Source of the DNA: Squalus acanthias
Lineage: Eukaryota
NCBI GenBank assembly: GCA_030390025.1
Contig: CM059437.1
Coordinates: 76,944,001 to 77,008,000 of the forward strand
Length of the DNA stretch: 64,000 nt
Direction of reading: 5' to 3'
In this document: in pieces, positions 52,261-64,000 of the stretch
Position numbering within the stretch: position 1 is the first letter of the stretch
How the letters are laid out: each line of letters begins with the position of its first letter
Translations under genes and position numbers: made by a program
Notes under the pieces: model-generated
Told to the model about the DNA's origin: nothing
Databases searched by the model: none
Seen by the model: the letters and a program-made list of their open reading frames with translations, nothing else

Positions 52261-53085
52261 TAGTACTTTAGTGTAGGGATGGAAATCTTTGTGAGTTTTT
52301 GCTGTTACAAAAACGTGTTTGTCTTGTGGAGCTGGGTAATTGACATTTAACTATGGAGCTTCACAAATATCCTGTAGTTAAGCCTATTACTTCCACATGA
52401 ACTTAATAATCAGCATAAATAACTCATGACGCACATTTTCTCCTAATGTTTTGTTGAGTTACAAATTACACAGGTCTCCATGGCTGACTTAAGAAAATTA
52501 ACGAATGAAAATGTGTTTAATGGGCTTGATCCAAAACAAAGGCCTTTCTTAGAAGGCAAAAAGGTTAATTATTCTAAGATCAGAATATTTTTAGTGCAAC
52601 TAATAAAACTGCTTAATAGGCAGCATTTATCCATGTACAACTGACTCTTTGTGGTTGCTAAGTTACGTTCTGATATTGCTGCTGAGGTAGATCCCAGCTT
52701 CTCCTCTATACTGTGATGCAGGTTAAATACCATCCAACATACTAATCTGACTGTGTGGATTTGAAATACTTGTTCGAATGCTGAATATTTGTTTAGTATT
52801 TTGTGTTTAAACGACCGAGTAGGGTAGCCTGAGTTTGTTCCCAAATTTAAGCTGTTTAGAAGAGCTCACTGTACCTGTACCTGGACCTCACCTGTCAGTG
52901 CATGTGGTGTATCTTGAAGAAACATCATTACGTAAAATTCGGAGAGCAGCGAATTCATTAAACCTCTACAGAAATAAAAAGCAAACAACTGCCGATGCTG
53001 GAATTCCGAAACAGAAGAAAGCAAAAAAATGCTGGAAACACTCAGCAGGCCAATCAGCATCCGTGAAGAGGACAGACAAGTTAAG

Positions 53086-53684
53086 GGGGTAGATTTTAAC
53101 TATCGGGTGGCTGAGCGGTGGATCGTACTGTCTGGCCGCCCGATGGTGCCGGCAGGAGGGCCGGGGTCTCATTACCATGCCATCGAATGGGCTCCCCTGC
53201 TGCAACTTGCTGGCTCCAGGCCCATGCCATGTCACGTGGCCTGGAGGCCAACTCGACCAACACCAAGATAGGTCTGGGGGTGGGGGGCGCGCGGGGAAGC
53301 CCAGGGTGGCAGCAGTCCATGTCATTCTTGTGGATCCCGGAGAAGAATTCCTGCACCTCTTGGCCCCACCAAAGTCATTTTCAACTGTTCATTTTTGGTC
53401 CTCTTTGGCTGTAACACCAGGTAAAACTGGGCAGAACATGCACGGTGCCCGCTCACTCGGTTGTCTCGATAATGACAATCAGGCTCCAATGTACGTCATA
53501 GGCTCCCAATTTGTATATTAAAAGGGCCTACCGCCTGAAACATGTGGGCACTCTGGTCGCCCAGCGCTGGGCACCTTTCAGGATGGTTTTGGGCTGGCCG
53601 GATTAGGAGTGGTAGGTTTTCCCTGTGATTTTTAGGACATTGCCACCCCATTTCCACCCAGTGGAGCCAGTGAAAATCTCCACC
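53086..53684. mobile_element. GC-rich MITE-like element splitting a PLE pseudo-LTR remnant
   Basis: ggggtagatttt...aaaatctccacc; left flank (52975-53084) and right flank (tttcatcagaac) belong to the same pLTR-type repeat. Confidence 0.55.
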
Positions 53685-53864
53685 AAAGTTTCATCAGAAC
53701 ACATGAGACAATAGGAAGAAGCATAATGGTAAGAAATTAAAGACATAAAGGACACCAAGAATGTGTGAACAGTGACCAGAAAGGACCATGCTCAATTCCT
53801 GGTTTATGGTGGGTTAGCTGATCTAAGCTAAGAGCTATTGGGGAAAAGATTCATCTACCTGCCC

Positions 53865-54712
53865 CCTCCTATTTCTCATCTACACGCTGCCCCTCGGCGA
53901 CATCATCCGAAAACACAATGTCAGATTCCACATGTACGCTGATGAGAGTCAACTGTACCTCACCATCACCTCTCTTGACCCCTTCACTGCCTATGATTTG
54001 GCACGCTGCTTGTCTGCCATCCTGTATTGGATGAGCAGAAATTACCTCCAATTAAATATTGGGAAGACCGAAGCATTGTCTTCGGCCCCCGCCACAAACT
54101 CCGTTAGTCACTGTCTGAGGCTGAACCAGACTGCTCACAATCAGCATCTTATTTGACCCTGAGCTGAGCTTCCGACCCCATATCCTCTCCATCACCAAGA
54201 CTGCCTATTTCCACCGTCGTAATATTGCCCGTCTCTGTCCCTGCCTCAGCCCATCTGCTGCTGAAACCCTCATCCATGTCTTTGTAACATCCAGACTTGA
54301 CTATTTCAATGCTCTCCTGGTCAGCCTCCCATCTTCCACCCTCCATAAACTTCAGCTCATCCAAATCTCTGCTGACTGTATCCTAACTCGCACCATGTCC
54401 TGTTCTCCCATCACCCCTGTACTCAGTGAGCTACATTGGCTCTCAGTCCAGCAATGCCTCAATTTTAAAATTCTCATCCTTGTGTTCAACTATTTCCATG
54501 GCCATGCTCCTCCCTATCTCTGTAACCTCCTCCAGCCTTACAACCCTCCCAAGAACTCTGCGTTCCTCCAAATCTGGCCTCTAGTGAATCCCTGATTTCC
54601 TTCGCCCCACCATTGGCAGCCGTGCATTCAGCTGTCTAGGCACCAAGCTCTGGGATACCCTCTTATAAACCTCTCCACCTCTCTCTGCTCTTTTAAGACC
54701 CCCCTTAAAACC
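53865..54712 (+). mobile_element. L2 LINE 3' portion (degenerate)
   Basis: [27 protein letters not shown]; same family as 17170-18190. Confidence 0.85.
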
Positions 54713-56914
54713 TTGTGATGTCAATCCCTTCCAGGTATATAGCTCCTCAGGATGTCCCAAAGTGCTTTATGGCTAATGAATTACTAATGAATCACTGCTG
54801 AGTAGCCCATTAGCAGTCACCGTCAAGGCTCAAGCATGAAGAATGGATTTTTGGGTAAGGTAGCAGGGGGCTGCTGGCCGCTAGGGAACTGTACCTTAAA
54901 ATATCTTGCAAATAGCCTGACAGACTATAAATCAGGGTTTTTCAAAAGGCCTAAAAAAGGAGAACCAAAGGGCACAATAGCTGCTTTACTGTAGACAATA
55001 AAAGGGTGCTTAGCCTTGATAAACAAACCTATAATTAAGGATGATAATTGTCAATTTATACACTACATGCGCTTTGAAAGTTTGGTATATTGTGTAAACA
55101 GCAGAAGGATAATGACTTATCCTTTATAGTAAAGAATTTCTAAAACACAATAGCTACGAGTAAGTTAACCAGCTGTCACTTAGACCCATTCAAGGCCATG
55201 CACCCTCCCAACCTCATCCAGATTCTATTTCACCACCCGGTGGCGAATATTTTTATTTTTTATTTATTTACACTCATGTCCCTCTCTTAGTTCCCTGCTG
55301 CGAATCTGGAATTAGTCAGGATGTGGGTGTTGCTGGTAAGGCTGGCCCTGAGAAGGTGGTAGGACAACTGAGTGTCTTGCTTGGCCACTTCAGATTCAAC
55401 CATGTTCATGTGGGACTCAAGTCACATATCGGCCGGACTGCGTTCCCTTCCCTGAAGGACATGAGTGAGCCAGTTGGGTTTTATACAACAATCAGACAGC
55501 TTCGTGGTCACTTTTATTTTCAAATTCTCACACTGCCATGGTGGGATTTGAACCCTCATTCAATCTTATTATTAGTCCAGGCCTGCTGGATTACTAGCCC
55601 AGTAATATAACCACTACACTACCCTCCCCCCCCCCCCTTTGAATATGTATACTTAGAACGTGGCTGTCTGCATATATGAAAACTGAACCAACATTTTATC
55701 GTTGGTGCAGTATAGAAATTTCATAAATGTAAAAGAGTTAGTCCTTAAACTAAATTTAAAATGTGGCTTCTTCTTCACTTAATCAATCCCTCTGGTTCTT
55801 CAAACAAATTATTCTTCCGCGTGTATTTTATTGGTTCACTTTTATTATATTAAAAACAGTGACCATCCTTGTATTCCGTAAATCTGTTTGTATATCGTAA
55901 TATTGTCTTTGCCTTTAAATTACTGCCATACACTGTGTCAATATTTTCAATGTTTAGCTAATTATTGCATTGCCATCATTTTCTTGGCTCTTCTTATTTA
56001 ATGGTGTACAAATCATGTTTGCTATTTTAGAGCTGATCTATTATTACTTACATTTCTCAGTATTAAATAGTATTTGTGATTTCTTCCTGTCCAGAGTCTG
56101 CATTTAATTTTCAGCTTTCTGAATCTCCATGTTTTGCCATACAACTTGGTATCATCTGTAAACATAAACTGACAGTTCATTTTGGTATCTTCACCTGAAT
56201 TCTATTGTGAAAGCACAGGGTTCAGTAATGAATTACCAAAACATTGTTATTTCTTTTGTTTTTTTGATTAACAATAAAGTCACTCTTTTGATGGGACGGT
56301 TTCCCTCTTTCCTATGTCTGGGACTTCCCATGCAACGTGTCATCTCCATCCAAGAGTGATGGGTGGTTAACCTGTGTCTAGGTCCTGCCTTTATGATATT
56401 GGATGCTGATGGTGTGAGCGAGTGGCCTGGACTGACTCTCCCTACAGCGTTTCCTCTTTCCCTGTGGCGCATTCCTTTGTTGCGTTCCCATAGAAACCAG
56501 CCTGAGCCCAGGACCTGAGTATTTGATCTTTCATATACTCGGGTCCCGTGCTCTGCCATGTTTCTATGGGAACGCACAGCCCCATTTCCTAGCACTTCAT
56601 CTTGTACTAAGCTGGGACCCCAATTCACTATATTAATTTGCTCACATATCAAAGCTACAACAAATGAAGGTCATTCATTTTTTCTTAAGAGTAAGTAATT
56701 TATTTTTCTACGCTGATTGCTCTACTTAATATAAAGTAGCTGTTGGAGCAAATGTCCTTGATGGAGTGCAGTCTATTTGAACCATATATGAACTTGTAGC
56801 ATGCAATCTTCCAATTAAATTAATTCCACTAAACTACGAATAGCGCAGTCTGAGAAGGAGAAGATAAATGGAAGATACCTATACTGACTAATATTTCTTG
56901 TATTGATTTAAAAG

Positions 56915-57107
56915 GAGGATATCTTTCAAAGGGAGTCTTTCAGAAGCCAGCGTGCGAGAATGTAGCCAGGAGCTTTTAAAATCTTACCTGACCGATGTGA
57001 TGGATGCCATTGTGGGTTCAGTGGAGCAGTGCCCTTCCGTTATGAGAGTGGCTTTCAAACAGTTGCACAAGCGAGTGGAGGAGCAGTTTCCAGAAGCAGA
57101 CAATGAG
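56915..57107 (+). CDS. RASAL1: RASAL1-like exon (RISFKGSLSEASVRECSQELL...CPSVMRVAFKQLHKRVEEQFPEADNE)
   Basis: Acceptor atttaaaag|, donor |gtaagt; 193 nt, phase 2 to 0; RRISFKG is RASAL1-like rather than RASA4-like. Confidence 0.92.
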
Positions 57108-59623
57108 GTAAGTACCAGTGAGTGTGTAATTAGGAGGGAATTTCACCCCTTGAGCCACCACGTGCTTATTCTATAACCTTAGTAAAGTGAAATTAAAATC
57201 TCACCAAAACTCAAAAATCACGTGGCTGAAACAATAGTACACAACTACTGATCTGTAGGCAATTCTTGTTAACGGAAACCCTCTGCCTATCAATTTGAGC
57301 TGACTTCTCAAACAAATTCCACCCATCTTATCGATTCCCCTGTGTTGAACATCATTCCCCATCTGAGAAGGCTACAAGGTAACCTGATCCCACGGTCTCA
57401 CCTAATATCCATTACTAGCCCAGGCCAAGCACCAGAAAGTGTATAGAGGAGTGACTTGGCTAGCCATTTTCCTAACTCCCCATGCTGGGGCTGCCACCCT
57501 CTGCACATTGTCCCCAACCCTCATTCTCACAGATGTGATCAGCAGCTTGAGTTTGAAGGGTCACAGCTGCAATCTCAGTAACTCATGCTAGTGGAGGGCC
57601 AGAGCATTGCATAGAAGTGAGAAACAAAATACCAAAACCTATCCCGCAACGTCAATTTTACGCTCCAGCGGTAAGTTGAAAATTACCCACAGTGTTTCTC
57701 TGTGGTCTACACTTGTTCCTCAAGATAGTTCAGCCACAGCAGGCAATAACGGAACATCTGCAGCAGGGCAGATACTGAACAGAAGCAAGATGACCTGATC
57801 AAAAGTTATTATTCTGTTCAAATCCCCCAGTGTAACAAAACCCCAGTGAATGTCAGGGTATAAGTGTTTGCTTGACTTACTGCATAAGAACCTTCAGCTA
57901 AGAGCATTTTTGTGTTTCAGAATGGTTTCACCTTGAATGGTACTGCTGAACCTCCCACACTGTTTTATATATTTCAATATATTGTTTTTTGATATTTATA
58001 TACAAGAGTCAGATGCTCTGATGGTCTTTTCTGGTCCTGGACATTCCTATGTACCTTCCTATTCATCACACCGCAACAGTTAATGCCAGATAAATTTCAC
58101 AGGATGTACTTTGCACACACACTGTAATATTTTTGTTGTGAATATATGGCTGCTGAGGAATGCAACTACCAGCACCAGTGGAACAACCCCTCACTTGCTA
58201 TTCTGAGAGTTTAGCTTTGAATTCACAGCTTGATAAAGTATGGAGTCATCTACCAGTTTAAACAACAACGACTTGAATTTATATAGTGCCTTTAATGTAG
58301 CAACTGTCCTAATGCACTTCATAGGAGAGGTATTGAGGATAGGGGAGCACGACTTAGAGCGGGATAAGATGTGTCTGGCGCAGTTTTGGACAAGTTGGAG
58401 TTTTTTATAGGGTGGAGCTCGTGAGGCTGGTGAAGAGGGTGTAGGAGAAGCCTGGGGATGCTGAAAGTGTGAATAAGGGTTTCAGTGGCGGTGGGGTGAG
58501 GTGAGGGTGGAGACAGGCTATGTGGCAGAGGTGGAAATAGATGGGCTCAGTTGATGGTTAGGATATAGAGTCCAAAGCTCAGCTCAAGGTCAAGTAAGAC
58601 ACTGAGGTTACACGGCACTGATTTCATTCTGATTGAGTAGCCAGGAATGGGGAGAGTTACTGAAAGGTGAGTGGAAGAAAGCGTAAATTTGAATAATGCA
58701 AAAAAAAGATATTGTCTTTTGGAAATGTGTATGTTTGGAAAAACGTTCTTGCAGCATTAAATTAAAATAATTATTTTAGTTTTGACACTTCTGAATGAGT
58801 CATTGGTACAACGCTTTCTGCAGTCACTGTATAAACACTGCTGGGAGAGTGTTCAGATAACCCAACCAGCAACGGAACAACTTTCACTGTCAAAAGCCAT
58901 CTGTGAAAATGATTTTATAAACATTGTGTTTCTGATGCTGAATAATTGAAGGTGTACTGAACTACAGAATGTTTGGAAATTGACAGTATATTTTAAAAGC
59001 GAAGAAACTGTAATCTTTTTGTATTCCTATTGTAATGCTGAAATGCTGCCGGAGCCCATTAATGGCTCAGCGTGAACTCATACAATGTGAGTAGTGACAG
59101 CCTGTCCCAGGGTTGTCTTCACATTTCTTTAATTTATGGTGATATATAATTAGATATATACTTGAAAAAGAAAAGATTGCAGGGCTATGGGAAAAGGGCA
59201 GAGGAGTGGGACTAATTGGACAGCTCTTTCAAAGAGCTGGCTCAGGCACAATGGGCCAATTGGTCTCATTCTGTGCTCGACCATTCTCTGATTCTATGAT
59301 ACATATATATACATCAACACTTCTACGTCTGCTGGTCTAACAAGATGGAAAATGCTAGTATGTAAATATACTGGAGATGTAATGGGAATGTGGTTTGTAA
59401 CTTGTTAATGTACAAGTGAGCGATCAAAATATAATATTCTCCCGAAAAAGCACATTGACAATTGGTACTAAGTACTAGAAATCTGATGCATGTAATCTAA
59501 ATGGGATTAGAGGGTAACCCAAGTCTAGGGTTGGTTGGCATTTATAGGCAGTGTTCAATAATTTCACTAAGTATAGTCTGTGATTATGGCAGTCATTGTT
59601 TTTATGTTCATTTTATTTTTTAG

Positions 59624-59761
59624 GATGTCAAGTACTTGGCTATTAGTGGTTTCCTCTTTCTGAGGTTTTTTGCCCCAGCTATTTTAACGCCCAAACTCTT
59701 CAGTCTACGAGATCATCATGCTGATACGAGAACGGGACGGACGCTGCTGCTTTTAGCAAAG
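59624..59761 (+). CDS. RASAL1: RASAL1-like exon with FLR motif (DVKYLAISGFLFLRFFAPAILTPKLFSLRDHHADTRTGRTLLLLAK)
   Basis: Acceptor ttttattttttag|, donor |gtgatt; 138 nt, phase 0 to 0; RasGAP signature FLRFFxPAI. Confidence 0.95.
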
Positions 59762-60370
59762 GTGATTTTTGCATATTATTCAGTGTGGAGCAGCAGATAA
59801 ATGCAAATGCACAGCCTGACTGTGAGCTATTGCCAATGGTGAGAGCACAACGATTGAGTGTTCCAGTACTTCTCAATGTAATCCACTCAGGGTTTTCAGT
59901 AAAACCTTAAAAAAGGGATGATAGAGTGGGGAGTGACGATAGCGTGTACTGTGGTTCTTTTCTACATCCACCATGAGTGGGATTTAACACATTCGACTGA
60001 ACAGTCCAAGCCATTAGAAAGAAGAACATGAAATGCTGGTTCAGAATGGAGGAAATATTCAGCAGAAATGGTCACCTGATCTGCATTTGGTTTCCCCCAA
60101 AGTTTTTCTTTCATTCTCAGCAGTGAGGAGAGGGAGTAGCAACACTGACAACGCAGCATAAATGGCCCATTTTGGCCCTATATGGCCATACAGGGCCCTT
60201 TTGCCTTGCATCATCATCCCTTTTGTCACTTAATCTCTCCTGCCTTCCACCTTATCACAGACCTTCCCTTTTGTTCTAGTTGCCCGGAGAAGGTGTTTTC
60301 TTGAAGCAATTGTGTTACAACTGAATGCCTTGCAAGGGCACTTCAGAGGGCATTAAGAATCAAACACATT

Positions 60371-61207
60371 GGGCTGGATTTTCAATGACCCGTGGAGTCG
60401 GGTTTGGAGGCGTGTGGGGGGTTAAAATTGCAGATTCGGGGGTCCCGACCCCATCCCGCCTCCAACCCGCCTCCATGCCAGTTTCTCTGGCGGCGGGTAC
60501 CCGACCTGTGCTGAGACCCGACTCCCCAAGGCGGGAAGGGATTAGTGACAATTAACTGCCTGTTAACAGGTAGTTAACAGGCAGTTTTTTGCATAATCCC
60601 TATTTTCATTGCTGAAATGTGGGCTTCCCGACAGGTGCCAACCACGCCAAGTTATGGGGCGGGCCGTGGGTCTGCAAGGGTTGGAGGGGTCGATATGTCC
60701 GGTGGGCAGGTGAGTGATGGGTGCATGTGTGCAGAGGTAAGTGTGTAAGGTAAGTGCTAAGTGTTGGAAAAAGTTTTACTTACCTTAACTTCCTCCTGCA
60801 GGTGTCAGCCCTTCAGTTCTCGGGAGTTAGAAATCTCACCTGCACAGAAAGCAGGAAAGCCGTGGTTCTGTCAAAAACTGCAGCCTTCTGTTTTCTGTGC
60901 TGGAATGATTTCTAACTGAGAGGAAGGACTGAAGTTAGAAATCATATTGTGAGTGTTTGACAGCTTCACAGAGCTGTCAAACGCTGATATTTCATCTGTC
61001 AAAAGCTCTTGACAGATGAAATGTCAATCTGTGACGTCACCTGTTGCCGGGTGGCCCTTAATTGGCCTGCTGAGCCCACTGGGCGGGCTCAACAATGTCA
61101 ATCAAGGGAAAATACAGTGGGTTGGCCACATCTCGATGGAGGCGGGTTCACAAGCCAGAATGTGTGATTCACGACCCTAACCCGACCCCAGTTTCAAAAT
61201 CCAGCCC
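60371..61207. mobile_element. ~837-bp Harbinger-type MITE, copy 2, inverted relative to copy 1, inserted in a SINE
   Basis: Same TIRs; TSD ATT (60368-60370, 61208-61210); near-identical to the reverse complement of 51417-52260. Confidence 0.85.
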
Positions 61208-63121
61208 ATTGTGTGGGACTGGAATCACATAAGACTGAACTGAGTAGGGTTCTCTTCCTAAAGGATATTAGTGAAGCAGTTGGGTTTTTACAAAAATCTG
61301 ATGGCCTTCCTGTTCATTTTCTGGTCCCAGTCCACAACTTAGTACATTTATTGAATTAATTTTCATATGTTGGGAATTAAACTCATGCCCTCTGGGTTGC
61401 TTGTGTATGACCACAACCACTACACCACTGTACGCCAGAGCAGACTGCTCTGTCAGCGGCAATTACAGTATACTAGATTGGTGTCTCACCTGGAAGGAGT
61501 GTTTGGGGCCCTGGACAATGGTGAATGGACAAATGTTGCATCTGGTACAATAGCACGAGAATGCGCCAGGGAAGGGCAGCTGGAAGTTTGGTTGGTGGAA
61601 GAATGAGTAAGGGTATCCTAGAGGGAATGGTCCCTCCAGAAAGCAGAGAGAATATGGGATGGGCCACTTACACTATTTGCTGTTCACACTATGGTCTTCT
61701 CTATGTTGGAGAGATGTGAACTAGCTCCTGTTGGAGTGCCTGCACACCTGCTGTGTGTTTCCAGCATTTTCTATTTTTAATTCCGATATCTAACAATTGC
61801 AATTTTCTTTTCTTTATTTATACTCCAACAGAACTTTTATAGTGATTTTATTAATCATTCGACAGGAGTTTCTCTCCACTGATAAACATAGAATGTGATA
61901 TCTGTAAGTCTATTTATTTTATAATCCAATGGTGTGGGATTTCATTCTGCTTGAAAGAATTAGTACAAGAAGGCTATGGAAGTATTCTGTTGCTCTTCAG
62001 TCTGATTTTATTTAGTTTTGATGATATATTTGACTTCAGATCAGAGATTCTACCTGAACAACCATTTCAACAGTTCCATTGTTTGTTAAAACTACATATA
62101 CTTTCTGCCCAGCTACTAACAGATGGCAGTATAACCACCGCCAGCACTCATTATGCATGCAATAGGTTTCTAGTGTTACACAGATCATGTACACAAAGAA
62201 TGCACTAAGGTAATTCAATCCTTGCTGTCAATCTTTGATGAAATGGTTCAGTACCAAACTGAGCTTATTTCTTCCTGCATGGATTCCTCGTGACGCTGTT
62301 TTATTTATTATTCATTCAAAGTTACCACTGCAATTCCAACAGTGAGCTGCTAAACCCATACAGTTAGTGTACACAAATATGTGCTATTTTCATGTTATTT
62401 TATGATCAAGTTCTGGCTCGTGTGGTTTCCTCTGATTACTGTAGTGATGGAATAAAAATAGAAACTGCTGGAAATAAACAGTGGATTAGTCAGCATCTGA
62501 GAGAGAGAAAAACAGGTTAATGTTCCAGGTGAGACCCTTCATCAGAATGCTATGCTCAAACAGGGGAATCCCTTTATAGACTGACCAAAACAAAACGGTT
62601 GGAGATTGGACAACAGGTGAGGGTCAGGAGTACAGATATACATTCAGAAGAGGCAGGCTATCGGTTTAATAGCTGGTAAATTGATTTTAACATGCAGAAA
62701 AGAAGTGCATTACATGGAACAAAGTCTGTTCGGCCCAACCAGTCCGCGTTGGTGCTTATCCTCCACACAAGCAGCAGTCCTAATCACGTGTGCCCATTCA
62801 GTTCCTATATGCTTTTAATACCCTTCCCTTCCACCACCTAGCTAACCTTTTCTGAAATGTTCACATGGCCTCTGCTTCAATCACTAACTCTGGTGGTGCA
62901 TTCCCCAGCCTCACAACGTACTGTGTAAAAATAAGAGTTTCTCCTGCTCTCTGTCCTGAATCTCTTACGTTTAATCCTGTACCTATGTCCCCTCGTTCTG
63001 GACCCCTCAGTCACTGGACATAGGCTGTAAAGGGCTATGTATTAAGGTCATTTCAGTCAGACACATGAAAAGGCAGATGGTATTGCTATAGTAATGGGTT
63101 GATTTGTGTTTTCCCTTTCAG

Positions 63122-63266
63122 GCGGTTCAGAGTATTGGTAACCTGGGCCTTCAGTTGGGACATGGGAAAGAACAATGGATGACACCCCTTCACCCATTCA
63201 TTTTACAGAGTGTAAGCTGTGTGAAGGATTTCCTTGATAAGCTAATAGACATCGATAATGAAAATG
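63122..63266 (+). CDS. RASAL1: RASAL1-like exon (AVQSIGNLGLQLGHGKEQWMTPLHPFILQSVSCVKDFLDKLIDIDNEN), end of GAP domain
   Basis: Acceptor ttccctttcag|, donor |gtgagg; 145 nt; matches the RASAL1 AVQSIGNLG...GKE.WM.PLHPF pattern. Confidence 0.92.
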
Positions 63267-64000
63267 GTGAGGCTTTTCTTTACTTAAATGAAGGTAATAA
63301 CATGTGTATCTGAAATTCAATTTAATACTGTAGTAATATGACTGCAGTCTTGCAAGACATGTATCATCTATAGATTTGTTCTTGTGATGACAGTTCTTGT
63401 ATAGAATAGGTTGGTCTCCAGACGAAAACCCTCTAACAATTGTGGTGCTAACTCAGACAGGCATTTGTTTACCATGGGGGCGATTTCCTTTTGTGTGATC
63501 AGTGTAGCAAAATCATAAACACATTGGGCCCTGAAATTGCGGTTGGCGGCATAGCTACGGAGTACGCCACCAACCTCCGAGCGGAATGCACACTTACCTG
63601 CTGGGAACCCTCCTTCGAGAAGTTGCTGTCAGACGCTGCGGAATTGAGCATAGCATAATGGCCCATGGATCACAGGGGCGCACCGTGTGCGTAAGCGTAC
63701 CTGGGATCATGCGGGCTAGTGCTCCAATCAGGAAACAGAAGGTCTCTCATTCACCCCAGTCTGGATTTACATTCTTAGAATTAGAAATGAATTTTGGGGG
63801 AAATTATCAATAGACCAGAAGCAATCACACTACACTGCAGACTGCTTAACTACTTTATTCAAGCAGAGGTGTACATTCGGATAATATTCAACTGAACTTT
63901 TGGGGATTTGCTAATCCCTCAGGCAGGCTCAGTGTAAAGGGCAAACATATTTATAGTAATTTAAGCAAAAAAGCATCAGATGGAGGTTTTTTATCATGAC

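Noticed and set aside
52080..52271. Duplicated 63-aa ORF (also 60360-60551)
   Set aside because: Lies within the two MITE copies; no protein motif
62515..62548. Hammerhead-like core on the minus strand
   Set aside because: GAAA is changed to GGAA and stem II is imperfect; treated as a decayed remnant, not a functional ribozyme
1..64000. CRISPR arrays, operons or other prokaryotic systems
   Set aside because: Sequence is spliceosomal-intron vertebrate DNA; no regularly spaced repeat-spacer arrays seen

Overview
Eukaryotic (vertebrate) genomic DNA, most likely from a cartilaginous fish judging by the SINE/LINE types; the taxon is an inference. The window is mostly intron. Six + strand coding exons (11801-63266) splice in frame into the RasGAP domain of a GAP1-family gene most like RASAL1, including the arginine-finger (LFRSNS) and FLR motifs. 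The introns hold CR1, L2 and jockey/CR1-group LINE fragments, Deu-domain and other tRNA SINEs, PIF/Harbinger derivatives and MITEs, a small solo-LTR-like insert and a probable decayed Gypsy integrase. Main highlight: a young, CpG-rich Penelope-like retroelement (RT + GIY-YIG, - strand, 26663-29790) with a 13-bp TSD and inverted pseudo-LTRs, each carrying a minimal hammerhead ribozyme. A ~140-bp copy of the same family at 2621-2758 has a compensatory change in hammerhead stem I. Two ~840-bp near-identical MITEs in inverted orientation flank two RASAL1 exons, a possible circRNA/dsRNA arrangement. I found no clearly unprecedented system; the notable items are variants and arrangements of known families. 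All coordinates and identities were read by eye.
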